Part shown: positions 50,077 to 58,662 of the stretch, piece after piece
How positions within the stretch are numbered: the stretch's first letter is position 1
Layout: each line of letters opens with the position of its first letter
Virus record (IMG/VR): IMGVR_UViG_3300017964_000010
Coordinates: 1-64,000 of that record
Reading direction: 5' to 3' (one strand)
DNA: 64,000 nt
From: a virus
Position numbers and translations under genes: made by a program
Notes under the pieces: generated by a model
Databases searched by the model: none
What the model was told of the DNA's origin: nothing
The model's input: the letters and a program-made list of their open reading frames with translations, nothing else

Positions 50077-50255
50077 TGGCTCTTTCTCATGATAACTTAG
50101 TAAATTATTATAAAACTAATTTTTTACTAATGCAAGAACATAAATATTCTTTGACCGAGATTGAGAATATGTTACCATGGGAAAGAGAAATTTATATTGC
50201 TATGCTTATTGATTATATTGAAAAAGAAAACGAAAGAATAAAAAATCAAGGATAG
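50076..50255 (+). CDS. gp51: Baseplate hub assembly protein gp51 (not in ORF track)
   Basis: Manual translation: VALSHDNLVNYYKTNFLLMQEHKYSLTEIENMLPWEREIYIAMLIDYIEKENERIKNQG*, with the characteristic MQ.HKYSL.EIENM.PWEREIY motif. Confidence 0.88.
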   Translation: MALSHDNLVNYYKTNFLLMQEHKYSLTEIENMLPWEREIYIAMLIDYIEKENERIKNQG

Positions 50256-50261
50256 GATCCT

Positions 50262-52202
50262 ATGGCTACATTAACTGAAGTTGTGAGACAATTAGAAGAA
50301 TCTAATAAGCAGTCTGACAAAAGACATGAAGAAATCAAAATCGAACTAAAAAAAGGCATAAGTGATGTAGCTAAATCCATAAGTGGTATTAAGAGTGCTG
50401 GACTCAAGATACCAGGTTTAACAGCTCTTACAAATGCTATTATTGATAATCCTATTACAAGAACACTAGGTGCCTTTAAAGATTCAATAGTAAATGTTAT
50501 AACAGCACCGTTTAAATTAATAGCTAATGCAGTATCAACTATTAAAAATGCCATTATAGGTATAGTATCTGGTGTTGGTAAAATGGTTAAAGATGTTATT
50601 ACTGCACCAATTTCTGCCGCTTTTGGGCTTATTAAAAGTATATTTTCAACCAACTTTGAAAAAGAAAATAATAAATTACTTGATAAAATTTTAATTCAAA
50701 TGGTGTTTTTAAATGATCAGATGAAATCATACTTTGATTATTTAAAGTTACAAAAACTTGATAATTTACAACAGTCATCTGATGATACTAATATTCCCAA
50801 TAATCAAGATCCTGCCGTACCGCAACAACAGTCAAATAGAGGTATGGGGCTGATACCAGCATTTAATTTAGCAGGGGTAGGCAGGTTACTTGCTGGTTTG
50901 GGTCTTGCAATAACAGCAGAGTTTCTAGGTTTAGACAAATACATAAAAGCATTATTTGTTACGGATACTTGGAAATCATTAAGATCAATACCAAAAAGAA
51001 TAGTCAACACGATTGGTTCAGTATTTAAATCTTTAGACAATTTGGTAAATAATCAATTCACAAAAGTAGGAAAAAGTATAGCTAAAACTTTTAGAAGCAT
51101 TACTGCTGGTATTATGATGTTTACTTCTACTTTAGATTTTTCAAGAATTGCAGCTTTCTTTGAACCAATCACTAATGTATTCAAAAATATTGGATCAGTA
51201 CTATCAAAAGTTACAGCACCTATCACAGCAACAGGAAAAGCCGTGGCTCAAGGTGGATCCATACTAAGAAGTGTATTTGGTGCTGTTGGTAAATTCTTTG
51301 GAACAATTGGAAAAATTTTCAGTGGTATTACGTCAATATTTAAACCGGTATTATCAGCAGCTAAAATATTTTCAAGAGCTACATTTTTACTTCCATTAAT
51401 TACGTTATTTGATTTTGTCAGAGGTGCAATTACAGGTTTTACTGAAGCTGAAGGCGGAATTATATCAAAATTATTTGGTGCTCTTGAAGGCGGAATAAAA
51501 GGAATTGTAACGGGCATACTTGAAGGTGTAGACGTATTAAAAGATATTGTTACATTTGTTCCAAGAAAAGTTCTCGAGTACCTAGGCTTTGGAGAAATAG
51601 CACAGAAAATTAAAGACTTTTCTTTAGCGGATTCATTCAACGGTGTATATGACGGAGCTAAAAACTTTATAAAGAACTTTGGTGAAAACTTTGGAAATTT
51701 AATTTCTGGAGCAGGTTCATTTATTAAAGCTACCTTTAAATCTGCAATAACAGATAGAATTAAAAATACATTTGAAAGTTTAGCAACAGTATTTTTAAAC
51801 TTTAAAGATAAGCTGATAACATCATTATCCAAAGTAGGATTTAGTCTACCGACTCTCAAAATACCAATCCCCAGTTGGTTAGGTGGTGGAGAGTTTACTG
51901 TATTAGAAGGTACGAGAGTTAGTCTAGTAAGTCAAGAAAAAGCTGGAGCTGCAGCTCAAAGAATTGAAAACAGAAATGCTGAGTTAATTCAAAGAAGAAA
52001 TGAAAGAGAAAGAGAAACTAATGCAATGCTCGAAAGGGCACAAAATCAACTAGCAAGTACGGTTGAGGCAAGAGAAGCTAATAGAACAGTTGCTATGGTA
52101 AATAACACAGACGCCCGATCTGTACAGAATAATACTACCGTACTTAATCAGGCGTCTATGCCGATATCAGTTGATGGTTTTGATAGAATGGCTCCTATCT
52201 AG
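50262..52202 (+). CDS. Tape-measure-like protein (gp29 position)
   Basis: 646 aa of amphipathic helical repeats with hydrophobic segments, following gp26/gp51. Confidence 0.65.
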   Translation: MATLTEVVRQLEESNKQSDKRHEEIKIELKKGISDVAKSISGIKSAGLKIPGLTALTNAIIDNPITRTLGAFKDSIVNVITAPFKLIANAVSTIKNAIIGIVSGVGKMVKDVITAPISAAFGLIKSIFSTNFEKENNKLLDKILIQMVFLNDQMKSYFDYLKLQKLDNLQQSSDDTNIPNNQDPAVPQQQSNRGMGLIPAFNLAGVGRLLAGLGLAITAEFLGLDKYIKALFVTDTWKSLRSIPKRIVNTIGSVFKSLDNLVNNQFTKVGKSIAKTFRSITAGIMMFTSTLDFSRIAAFFEPITNVFKNIGSVLSKVTAPITATGKAVAQGGSILRSVFGAVGKFFGTIGKIFSGITSIFKPVLSAAKIFSRATFLLPLITLFDFVRGAITGFTEAEGGIISKLFGALEGGIKGIVTGILEGVDVLKDIVTFVPRKVLEYLGFGEIAQKIKDFSLADSFNGVYDGAKNFIKNFGENFGNLISGAGSFIKATFKSAITDRIKNTFESLATVFLNFKDKLITSLSKVGFSLPTLKIPIPSWLGGGEFTVLEGTRVSLVSQEKAGAAAQRIENRNAELIQRRNERERETNAMLERAQNQLASTVEAREANRTVAMVNNTDARSVQNNTTVLNQASMPISVDGFDRMAPI

Positions 52203-53110
52203 TCTTCATTTACAAGATTTGCAAAGTGAGTCATGATATCGTCATCTTCTTCCGAAGCTGAAGCCATTTCTGCAGTTTCCATCCGAACAGGTTCTGCTTC
52301 TCTCATTTTAGGAGCCGGTTGCGGTTCTCCTAGAGATTCCTCTTGTTTCATTGTAGGTGCTCCAACAGAAGCCTGTTCTCCGAGAACAGCCATCAGTTTA
52401 GCTTGTAGTTCATCATATGTTTTATAATTTTTAGGATCTGTAAATTCACGCAGATCATGAAGTTTATTATAAATTTCTTCCAGATATGTATCATCAGAAG
52501 ATAATTCACTCTGGCCAGAAAATTCAGATTTATCGTAGTTACGATAACCTTCTACATCACGAATTTTAAGCTTAAAGTCGGCACCTTGCCAAAAATCAAA
52601 TGGATTAATTGGTTCTTCATCTTGAAAATCTGGTTGCATTGCATCCATTAGTTTATCAAAGATTTTCTTCCCATATTGAAAAATGAATACTTTACCTTCA
52701 TTGCTTGGATTACCCGGATCTGAAAGAACTAAAATATTCGAAACATAATGCAACCGCCGCTTTTGTTTACGAGCAATTTCTTTATCCGATTCAATACCAG
52801 AGTTCCAGAGTTTACTATTTAATTCCCCCACTGGATCATTTTGACCAATCGAAGTAAGTGAACGTTCAATATACCAACGACCCGTTGGTCCCTTAAACCC
52901 ATGATCCCAATAGCGGTTCCATGGTAAATCTGATCCTTCTGATGCTGGGAGAAAGCGGATAACTGCATAACCATTATTAGATTTATCTACAGTTGGTTTC
53001 CAGATACGATCATCTACATAATTATTAGATTGAGTTGTATTAGTAGCTTCTGCTGCTTTTACAAGTTGATCGATTGCGTTACGATTACGTTTTAGATTTG
53101 CGAATGACAT
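52199..53110 (-). CDS. gp32: Single-stranded DNA-binding protein gp32
   Basis: DDRIWKPTVDKSNNGYAVIRFLPA, HGFKGPTGRWYIE, YGKKIFDK, NPFDFWQGADFKLKI, acidic tail. Confidence 0.95.
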   Translation of the reverse strand: MSFANLKRNRNAIDQLVKAAEATNTTQSNNYVDDRIWKPTVDKSNNGYAVIRFLPASEGSDLPWNRYWDHGFKGPTGRWYIERSLTSIGQNDPVGELNSKLWNSGIESDKEIARKQKRRLHYVSNILVLSDPGNPSNEGKVFIFQYGKKIFDKLMDAMQPDFQDEEPINPFDFWQGADFKLKIRDVEGYRNYDKSEFSGQSELSSDDTYLEEIYNKLHDLREFTDPKNYKTYDELQAKLMAVLGEQASVGAPTMKQEESLGEPQPAPKMREAEPVRMETAEMASASEEDDDIMTHFANLVNED

Positions 53111-53155
53111 ATATTTTTTTCCTTATACTGAAATATGTTTTTGTATTACTGTAAT

Positions 53156-53195
53156 ATTATACTACATCTTTATGACATAGTAAATAGTATTTATT
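53156..53195 (-). promoter_or_regulatory. gp32 promoters: sigma70-like TTTACT-N17-TATAAT (53184-53156) plus late-like AATAAATA (53195-53188)
   Basis: Perfect 17-bp spacing in the intergenic gap. Confidence 0.65.
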
Positions 53196-53427
53196 CAAAA
53201 AGAAGTTCATTTTGCTTCGGTAGAAAATTTAATTTCATTGCTTCAGCTTCGATTTTCTCTTTGATAAGAGGTGAGATATACTTTTTAACATCTTGTGGAT
53301 CTATATTAGTAATCTCACATGCTTCAACTACGGCATCAATATACCCTAGTTTCTTTGATAGAACCTGTTCTTCAATAAGTTTTGTAAACTTTGAACGGTT
53401 CATAAAATTATTTTTATCTTCTATCAT
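53191..53427 (-). CDS. gp33: Late transcription coactivator gp33
   Basis: F...IE......GYIDAVV..CE...ID......I...IKEKIEAEA..LNFL. Confidence 0.88.
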   Translation of the reverse strand: MIEDKNNFMNRSKFTKLIEEQVLSKKLGYIDAVVEACEITNIDPQDVKKYISPLIKEKIEAEAMKLNFLPKQNELLFE

Positions 53428-54527
53428 CTATCAAGAGCCCTTAATATGATTGTGTCCTTATTAACCCTTCCGTTTGCATTTCCGGGTTTTGTAGTAAGTT
53501 TGCCCCACTCTTTATTAATTTGATTAGGGGTCTTTTTAAGAACCAGAGGTAAAAATTCATCTGGTTTTCTTAATCTAATATTTCGTGATATATCTTCATC
53601 AATTCCTTTAATTGTAGTACCACTCACTTCAAAGCCTTGTGATAATCTACAGACTAACTCTGTAATAACTCTTGACTTTACATTAAACAAATATATTCTA
53701 CTTGCTCCTACAATTGAAGTAGGATTAATAGAAACCAGCTTATGTTCTTTTGACTCTTTAAGATAAGTTAATCTTGTAACTTGTTTATCTGCAGTTTTAA
53801 CTTTAGGTGTTCGAGTTTTTCTTTGTGCTTTCTTTGAAGCCATATATCTTTCTGCATCAACAATAATATCTTCCAAGAATTTCATATATGATTTTTTTTC
53901 TCTTGCAGACATATGATTATATGCTTCAACAAGATCACTAGGTTTATCATTAATTAATTCTTGCATTTCTTTTAGTTGAGGAAGATAATAATCATAAACC
54001 GCTTTTGCAGTATTATTTGGAGCATCTATCTTTTTTAATTCATCATAAACAGATAAGTCTGAAACCTCTGGAAAAGCATCTACTTTTTCTTCTATTTCTC
54101 CAATAAAATCAGAAGTACGTTCCTTTACAATATCGGCAATAGTTTTTTTAGGTGTTTCTTCTTCTACTTCTTCTTTTTGCTCTGCTTTTATTTTACCTTT
54201 TTCTACAATCTCTGCAATTCTTTTTCTAATAACTTCTTCTCCATTCCAATATTCTGGAAATGGATTACCTAGATTTTTCCATGCAATTGTTGCAGATAGA
54301 TAAGGAACTGAAGTAAATGCCCATTCTGGTGCTTTTAGTGCAAGTTGAATATCTACTTTTTTTAGATTTTTTCTAATATAGGCTTTTATAACTTGGGATA
54401 ATTCTTTTTTATCAACTTCCAAACGAAGATAATCATTAAAGTGTCTAAAGTCGTTTGTAGGAGCTGCAGCAATACCCGTACGTGCTCTACGAGAATATAC
54501 TTTTTTAGTTTTTGCTCTTTTAGCCAT
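53424..54527 (-). CDS. Conserved hypothetical T4-like phage protein
   Basis: 367-aa ORF with SD; C-terminal LVSINP..IVGA...FN.K.R...G.T...LRKP...NGRVN...IILR. Confidence 0.75.
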   Translation of the reverse strand: MAKRAKTKKVYSRRARTGIAAAPTNDFRHFNDYLRLEVDKKELSQVIKAYIRKNLKKVDIQLALKAPEWAFTSVPYLSATIAWKNLGNPFPEYWNGEEVIRKRIAEIVEKGKIKAEQKEEVEEETPKKTIADIVKERTSDFIGEIEEKVDAFPEVSDLSVYDELKKIDAPNNTAKAVYDYYLPQLKEMQELINDKPSDLVEAYNHMSAREKKSYMKFLEDIIVDAERYMASKKAQRKTRTPKVKTADKQVTRLTYLKESKEHKLVSINPTSIVGASRIYLFNVKSRVITELVCRLSQGFEVSGTTIKGIDEDISRNIRLRKPDEFLPLVLKKTPNQINKEWGKLTTKPGNANGRVNKDTIILRALDR

Positions 54528-54555
54528 GGTATAGAATCTCCTCTATGATAATATT

Positions 54556-54584
54556 ATTATATCATAGTTATAAGGCTCTGTAAA
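54556..54584 (-). promoter_or_regulatory. Early sigma70-like promoter TTTACA-N17-TATAAT (extended TG)
   Basis: Intergenic, with exact spacing. Confidence 0.7.
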
Positions 54585-54593
54585 CCTTTAAAT

Positions 54594-54803
54594 TTAAAAT
54601 TCTTCGTTAAGTTTTATGAGTTCTATTTCTCCGTCACGATCTCGTCTGTGTTTTAGATACCCCTCGTGACACAAATATAACATTGTTTGTTCTATCAATT
54701 CGTCATCTCTTTGTTTACGATTATCACGACCGATAGAATAGGAACAATAAAATATTGCAAAAATACCAAGTGCTAAAATAATAAGTGGATCTATACCAAA
54801 CAT
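54594..54803 (-). CDS. Small membrane-anchored hypothetical protein
   Basis: N-terminal hydrophobic helix; AAGGA SD. Confidence 0.65.
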   Translation of the reverse strand: MFGIDPLIILALGIFAIFYCSYSIGRDNRKQRDDELIEQTMLYLCHEGYLKHRRDRDGEIELIKLNEEF

Positions 54804-54804
54804 A

Positions 54805-55050
54805 TTACTTCCTTTTCTGTTTTAAAGAACTTTCCGTGACGTAAACACCTTCACTGTATTTCATTGAAGCAAGTATCTCATTAAACATAAAAGGAGATAA
54901 TGCTATTACATCGTATCTGCCAGATTTATCATTAAATTGTCTTATATAAACATTATTATCAGTCATAATAAGTTGAACATCTTCTTCGCGTTCATCATTA
55001 TCTACGATAGTAATTAATGTATGATCAAATTCATTTTCTATGCTAAACAT
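54805..55050 (-). CDS. Hypothetical protein
   Basis: Tightly packed in operon. Confidence 0.65.
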   Translation of the reverse strand: MFSIENEFDHTLITIVDNDEREEDVQLIMTDNNVYIRQFNDKSGRYDVIALSPFMFNEILASMKYSEGVYVTESSLKQKRK

Positions 55051-55427
55051 TATCTTCGCATACTTGCTGCATCAATGGCCGCTTGTTTATTATCTTTACG
55101 AACGGGCATAAGATTAGATTTATGTGTTACTACAATACCTGCTATTTCATCGCCAGTATATTTCATAGTTTCTTTTCTTGGTGCTATGCCATCAATCCTA
55201 TCACTAGTAGGACAATTATTTGAGCTAGGGCTAGAAAGATCAGGAAAATCCACTGTCGTAACATTACCACGCTTTGCCTTTTTCTTTGCCAGCTGATCGG
55301 GGTGCACACCCATCTTTTTTAGAAATTCATCATGTTCTTGAATTGTGCTTTTCCAACCAGGCTTCTTTTTCATTTTACGCTTCTTAGTATTTAAAGAAGT
55401 CATTCCTCGTACTAAATGCATAGTCAT
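55050..55427 (-). CDS. Conserved basic hypothetical protein
   Basis: MHLVRGMTSL start and YTG..I.GI...HKSNL.PV...A...A.MRR end. Confidence 0.7.
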   Translation of the reverse strand: MTMHLVRGMTSLNTKKRKMKKKPGWKSTIQEHDEFLKKMGVHPDQLAKKKAKRGNVTTVDFPDLSSPSSNNCPTSDRIDGIAPRKETMKYTGDEIAGIVVTHKSNLMPVRKDNKQAAIDAASMRR

Positions 55428-55439
55428 ACTAATTTACTC

Positions 55440-56006
55440 TCATACTGTTTCATCAACAATTCTGATATAAGTTTGGTCTTTTTCATTCTTTTTCATAAAA
55501 TGATAAAATAGACCATTATCTTTTGCAACTTTTTCTATTTCTTTAGGTCCTTTCCAACTATCAGACTTTGATTCTGTTTCAAAAGAAATCTGTTCGTTTT
55601 CACTATTATATCTTCTAATACATATATCAAAATCCATTTTATAATAATCTTTACGTTCTGTAAAGTTTCCAGTTAATTTATCTATATAATAACCTATAAA
55701 AAATACCTTATCTTTATGTGTAGTTCTGTTTGTTACATATATTCTGTAAAAAGAATTATTATCGTAAAGACTGTCAATATCAACACCAAAACGATTATTG
55801 TTTTCTGAATATAGGCTATCATTTAATGGATGCAAATTAGTAATAATATTTCTAAATGTAGAAATGTTTGATGTACCGACAGTAGTTGAAATTACATTGC
55901 CTCTTAGAGCAAACAACAATTCATTAATGTTTGCTCTATGTTCATAAGGCAAAATTTGTAATCTATTTGAAAATCTTTCAAACTGATCAACTAACTTTCC
56001 AGCCAT
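55440..56006 (-). CDS. Hypothetical protein with its own late-like promoter
   Basis: AAGGAG SD; GATAAATA at 56033-56026. Confidence 0.6.
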   Translation of the reverse strand: MAGKLVDQFERFSNRLQILPYEHRANINELLFALRGNVISTTVGTSNISTFRNIITNLHPLNDSLYSENNNRFGVDIDSLYDNNSFYRIYVTNRTTHKDKVFFIGYYIDKLTGNFTERKDYYKMDFDICIRRYNSENEQISFETESKSDSWKGPKEIEKVAKDNGLFYHFMKKNEKDQTYIRIVDETV

Positions 56007-56028
56007 CTATTAACTCCTTTTATAGTAT

Positions 56029-56295
56029 TTATCTACAAGCAAAGCTAATTACACTATCTACACGAAAAGAGCGCCAACCTTTTGCATTTACATCCCACAC
56101 AGGAAGAACTTCTTCATTAATTGATCTTACTTTTTTCTGAGAAAGTGGATCATCTTTTTTTGCAGGAGGAATTACAGTTGGCTGTAAAGTACACGTCATA
56201 TCGCGTTCTTCACCATTTGTTTTTTTAAAAATTACACGACACTCTCCTTGCTGGAGTTTTGTCATCATATATTCACGTGTTATTTCTTCAGTCAT
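56029..56295 (-). CDS. WYL_2/Sm-like (DUF2693-type) small protein; start revised to 56295
   Basis: F.K.NGEER.M.CTL...VWD....GWRSFR motif; AAGGA SD before ATG 56295. Confidence 0.75.
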   Translation of the reverse strand: MTEEITREYMMTKLQQGECRVIFKKTNGEERDMTCTLQPTVIPPAKKDDPLSQKKVRSINEEVLPVWDVNAKGWRSFRVDSVISFACR

Positions 56296-56312
56296 ATTTT
56301 TTTCCTTTTCAA

Positions 56313-56453
56313 TTATTCGTCTAATAAATCCAAATAACAATAACCAAATTTTGAACGAGACTCGTGTGAGTCAAGATCAAGTTTACATTTTTCCATTCTT
56401 CGTAGGACTGCATTGGTAGGTCTACCGTTTCGGTCTACTTTAACTGCCCACAT
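56313..56453 (-). CDS. 46-aa hypothetical protein (not in ORF track)
   Basis: MWAVKVDRNGRPTNAVLRRMEKCKLDLDSHESRSKFGYCYLDLLDE*, with AAGGAG SD and a promoter upstream. Confidence 0.65.
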   Translation of the reverse strand: MWAVKVDRNGRPTNAVLRRMEKCKLDLDSHESRSKFGYCYLDLLDE

Positions 56454-56484
56454 ATTTTTCTCCTTATGTATTACCGATTCTTAT

Positions 56485-56513
56485 ATAATATACCATATAA
56501 CATTAAAAGTAAA
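56485..56513 (-). promoter_or_regulatory. Early sigma70-like promoter TTTACT-N17-TATTAT
   Basis: Intergenic, 17-bp spacer. Confidence 0.6.
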
Positions 56514-56521
56514 TAGCCAAT

Positions 56522-57181
56522 TTAGCTAATTTCATATTTTTTTCTAGCATCTAAAAATGCAGGAAGATAATCGTGAGTGTTTATTTTAAAAACCTGAGGT
56601 TCAGCATTATCTACAGTAATAAGAATAACACCTTGTTTAACAGGTACATTTGTTCTTTCATAAAAAGCAGCTGCATAAAAAGCAGCTTGAATAAAATAAT
56701 TTGTAATCCATTCTTTTCTTTTTGTTTTACGTGATGTTTTAAAATCTATAATAGATAATTGTCCATCAAACTCTGCAATGCAATCTACTTGTCCAGCAGT
56801 TCTTAGAATATCACTATACAAAAATTCTTCTTGAAACCAAATATTGTTTAATCTTTCATCTATAATACTTTTAATTTGATTAAAAGCAAATAAGTTATGA
56901 GGCATTACATTATCTTTCCATTCGGGTATATTATCAAGATAATCTTCTGCTAGTTTATGTACAGCAGTTCCTCTAATAGTCGCTCTACGAGAAATTCTAT
57001 CGGCTTCTTCTTCTCCAACTTTTTTTCTCCAATCTAGGATAGCTTCCTTACTTAAAGCACCTAAAACTGTAGTAATCGATGGATAAGCATTACCTTCTGG
57101 TGTAAAATATTTACGACCAGCTTCTGTAGTTTTTCTTTCTATCTTAGGTAAAACTATTCCATGATTTACGTGTTTAAACAA
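56522..57181 (-). CDS. PD-(D/E)XK exonuclease (probable TTG start at 57181)
   Basis: YPSITTVL, RGTAVH, AGQVDCIAEFDG.LSIIDFKTS, YFIQ...YA; GAGGA SD before TTG. Confidence 0.85.
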   Translation of the reverse strand: MFKHVNHGIVLPKIERKTTEAGRKYFTPEGNAYPSITTVLGALSKEAILDWRKKVGEEEADRISRRATIRGTAVHKLAEDYLDNIPEWKDNVMPHNLFAFNQIKSIIDERLNNIWFQEEFLYSDILRTAGQVDCIAEFDGQLSIIDFKTSRKTKRKEWITNYFIQAAFYAAAFYERTNVPVKQGVILITVDNAEPQVFKINTHDYLPAFLDARKKYEIS

Positions 57182-57419
57182 GATATTCCTCGTGTTCGTT
57201 TTCCCACATATTGATACAATTACGAATACCAAGAGCAAGAGTTTGATTATAGTCCATCATTTCTTCCCACTCATCTATAACTTCATATATCTGTTCTTGA
57301 GTAAGTTCAATGATTTCAACACCAAAATGATTTTGAATTAATTCTTCTGCCCATTCTGTTACATAATTTTCTATCCAGTCAAGCATCTTGTGTGCTTTAT
57401 ATATTTTAAACTTATTCAT
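57174..57419 (-). CDS. Acidic hypothetical protein
   Basis: Overlapping start/stop with neighbours. Confidence 0.65.
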   Translation of the reverse strand: MNKFKIYKAHKMLDWIENYVTEWAEELIQNHFGVEIIELTQEQIYEVIDEWEEMMDYNQTLALGIRNCINMWENEHEEYLV

Positions 57420-57753
57420 CTATTAGATTACTCCAAGTTTTAAGTTTATTTCTTTTAGAACTACTTCTTGCATAAATTTCTTTCCAATCAAGAATACCAT
57501 GTTCACACATTAAATCAATCATACAATAAACATCTCCAACTTCTTCAAGAAGTTTATTTCTTTGATCATTTTCTATATCCGATATTTTTTCATACTTACG
57601 GACAATCTTACTACACCTTTGTGTAAGTTCACCACATTCTTCAGCAGTAATAATCATTAACTGCTGAAGTTTGTTGATGGGACTAGTAGGATTAGAATTG
57701 CTTTGTCCAAGATATTCTTCATAATCCTCTAAATCGTAAAACATTCCAGTCAT
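57412..57753 (-). CDS. MazG-like NTP pyrophosphohydrolase domain protein
   Basis: ITAEECGEL...SK...LLEEVGDV motif. Confidence 0.7.
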   Translation of the reverse strand: MTGMFYDLEDYEEYLGQSNSNPTSPINKLQQLMIITAEECGELTQRCSKIVRKYEKISDIENDQRNKLLEEVGDVYCMIDLMCEHGILDWKEIYARSSSKRNKLKTWSNLIDE

Positions 57754-57950
57754 AAAAATTGTACCTCCACTACTTCTTTTTCTTTCATCAAAGTAACGAC
57801 CCTAGCTTTGCTATGCTTACCCCTTACGTGAACTTCAAACCATTCCCTGGCTTCCGTTTCAGTCTCGCAAACTACTGCAACCCACTCAGGCAATTCACTC
57901 TTGACTGCTTGGCACATAGTGCTGAATTGTGTTGTTACCGTCCAAGTCAT
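57750..57950 (-). CDS. Hypothetical protein
   Basis: ATGA-type overlaps on both sides; GAGGA SD. Confidence 0.6.
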   Translation of the reverse strand: MTWTVTTQFSTMCQAVKSELPEWVAVVCETETEAREWFEVHVRGKHSKARVVTLMKEKEVVEVQFL

Positions 57951-58081
57951 TTGTTAAGCATCCTCATACAAGTTAAAACCGAGTTTTCTTCTAGGCAGTC
58001 GCTCCACACATAGTAAGTATAGTAGCCAAAGCCTGTGAAAAATACTAGTGAGCAAGCAATAATAATCAAGTTTTTAGTCAT
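57947..58081 (-). CDS. 44-aa membrane peptide (not in ORF track)
   Basis: MTKNLIIIACSLVFFTGFGYYTYYVWSDCLEENSVLTCMRMLNK*, with AAGGAG SD. Confidence 0.7.
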   Translation of the reverse strand: MTKNLIIIACSLVFFTGFGYYTYYVWSDCLEENSVLTCMRMLNK

Positions 58082-58086
58082 TTTTA

Positions 58087-58280
58087 AACTCCTTTCAGCA
58101 TACGCCTGAGCTAGTATCTCCAATCTCTCCGCACGGCCTTATTGACATTGCCGCTCTAGTTTGATTGAAACTAACATCCATGGTTTTCACGTCACCGATA
58201 TTTCGCGGGCGAATATATTCACCAGAGATAGTGCTTTTAGCTGATCAACGCCTCCACACAGACGTATGCTGAAAAGAGTC
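58087..58280 (-). ncRNA. Unassigned structured RNA (22-bp closing stem, multibranch interior)
   Basis: 58280-58259 pairs fully with 58108-58087 (19 Watson-Crick + 3 G-U on the minus strand); several internal hairpins; 46% GC by hand count. Confidence 0.65.
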
Positions 58281-58287
58281 TTTAAAC

Positions 58288-58590
58288 TCAATCCCATTCA
58301 TTATCATACCTTATTGTTTCAAACATTGTTTCTCCATAGTGTTCTTTTGCATATTTGGACCCATCAGTCCAATAATTTGGATTTTCACCATCTTTTATAT
58401 TTAAGATAGTAAGAGGATCCTTACGGTTCTTACGTGCTTTTAACATAACGGAACGAGCTTTTTTACCTTTCTCTTTAATCTCATTCATTTTAATTTGACG
58501 AGCACGGTCGGCTTTCTTTTCTGCTTTACGTCTTTCTGCAATCTCTTTGATGAGAGTAAGACGTTCGGTTTGTGTTTTAGCTATAGTCAT
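58288..58590 (-). CDS. Basic hypothetical early protein (start revised to 58590)
   Basis: The ORF-track 5' extension overlaps the promoter; ATG 58590 follows GGA. Confidence 0.65.
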   Translation of the reverse strand: MTIAKTQTERLTLIKEIAERRKAEKKADRARQIKMNEIKEKGKKARSVMLKARKNRKDPLTILNIKDGENPNYWTDGSKYAKEHYGETMFETIRYDNEWD

Positions 58591-58617
58591 AATCCATCCG
58601 ATTCTTTTTACACTACC

Positions 58618-58656
58618 AATATAGTATAATTTTAGGGGCTTGTAAACCCCTAAAAT
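58618..58656 (-). promoter_or_regulatory. Early promoter TTTACA-N17-TATATT with the -35 inside a 10-bp inverted repeat (ATTTTAGGGG..CCCCTAAAAT)
   Basis: IR arms at 58629-58638 and 58647-58656. Confidence 0.65.
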
Positions 58657-58662
58657 CAATTT

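Noticed and set aside
50246-51859. Minus-strand ORFs 50246-50653, 50804-51040 and 51248-51859
   Set aside because: Antisense shadows of the tape-measure-like gene.
56522-57181. cas4 call for the exonuclease
   Set aside because: It lacks the four-Cys Fe-S motif and any CRISPR context; it is an ordinary T4-like PD-(D/E)XK nuclease.
58087-58280. tRNA, tmRNA, hammerhead or retron msr-msd identity for the structured RNA
   Set aside because: No T-loop or cloverleaf, no CUGAUGA core, no long msd hairpin, and no reverse transcriptase in the window.
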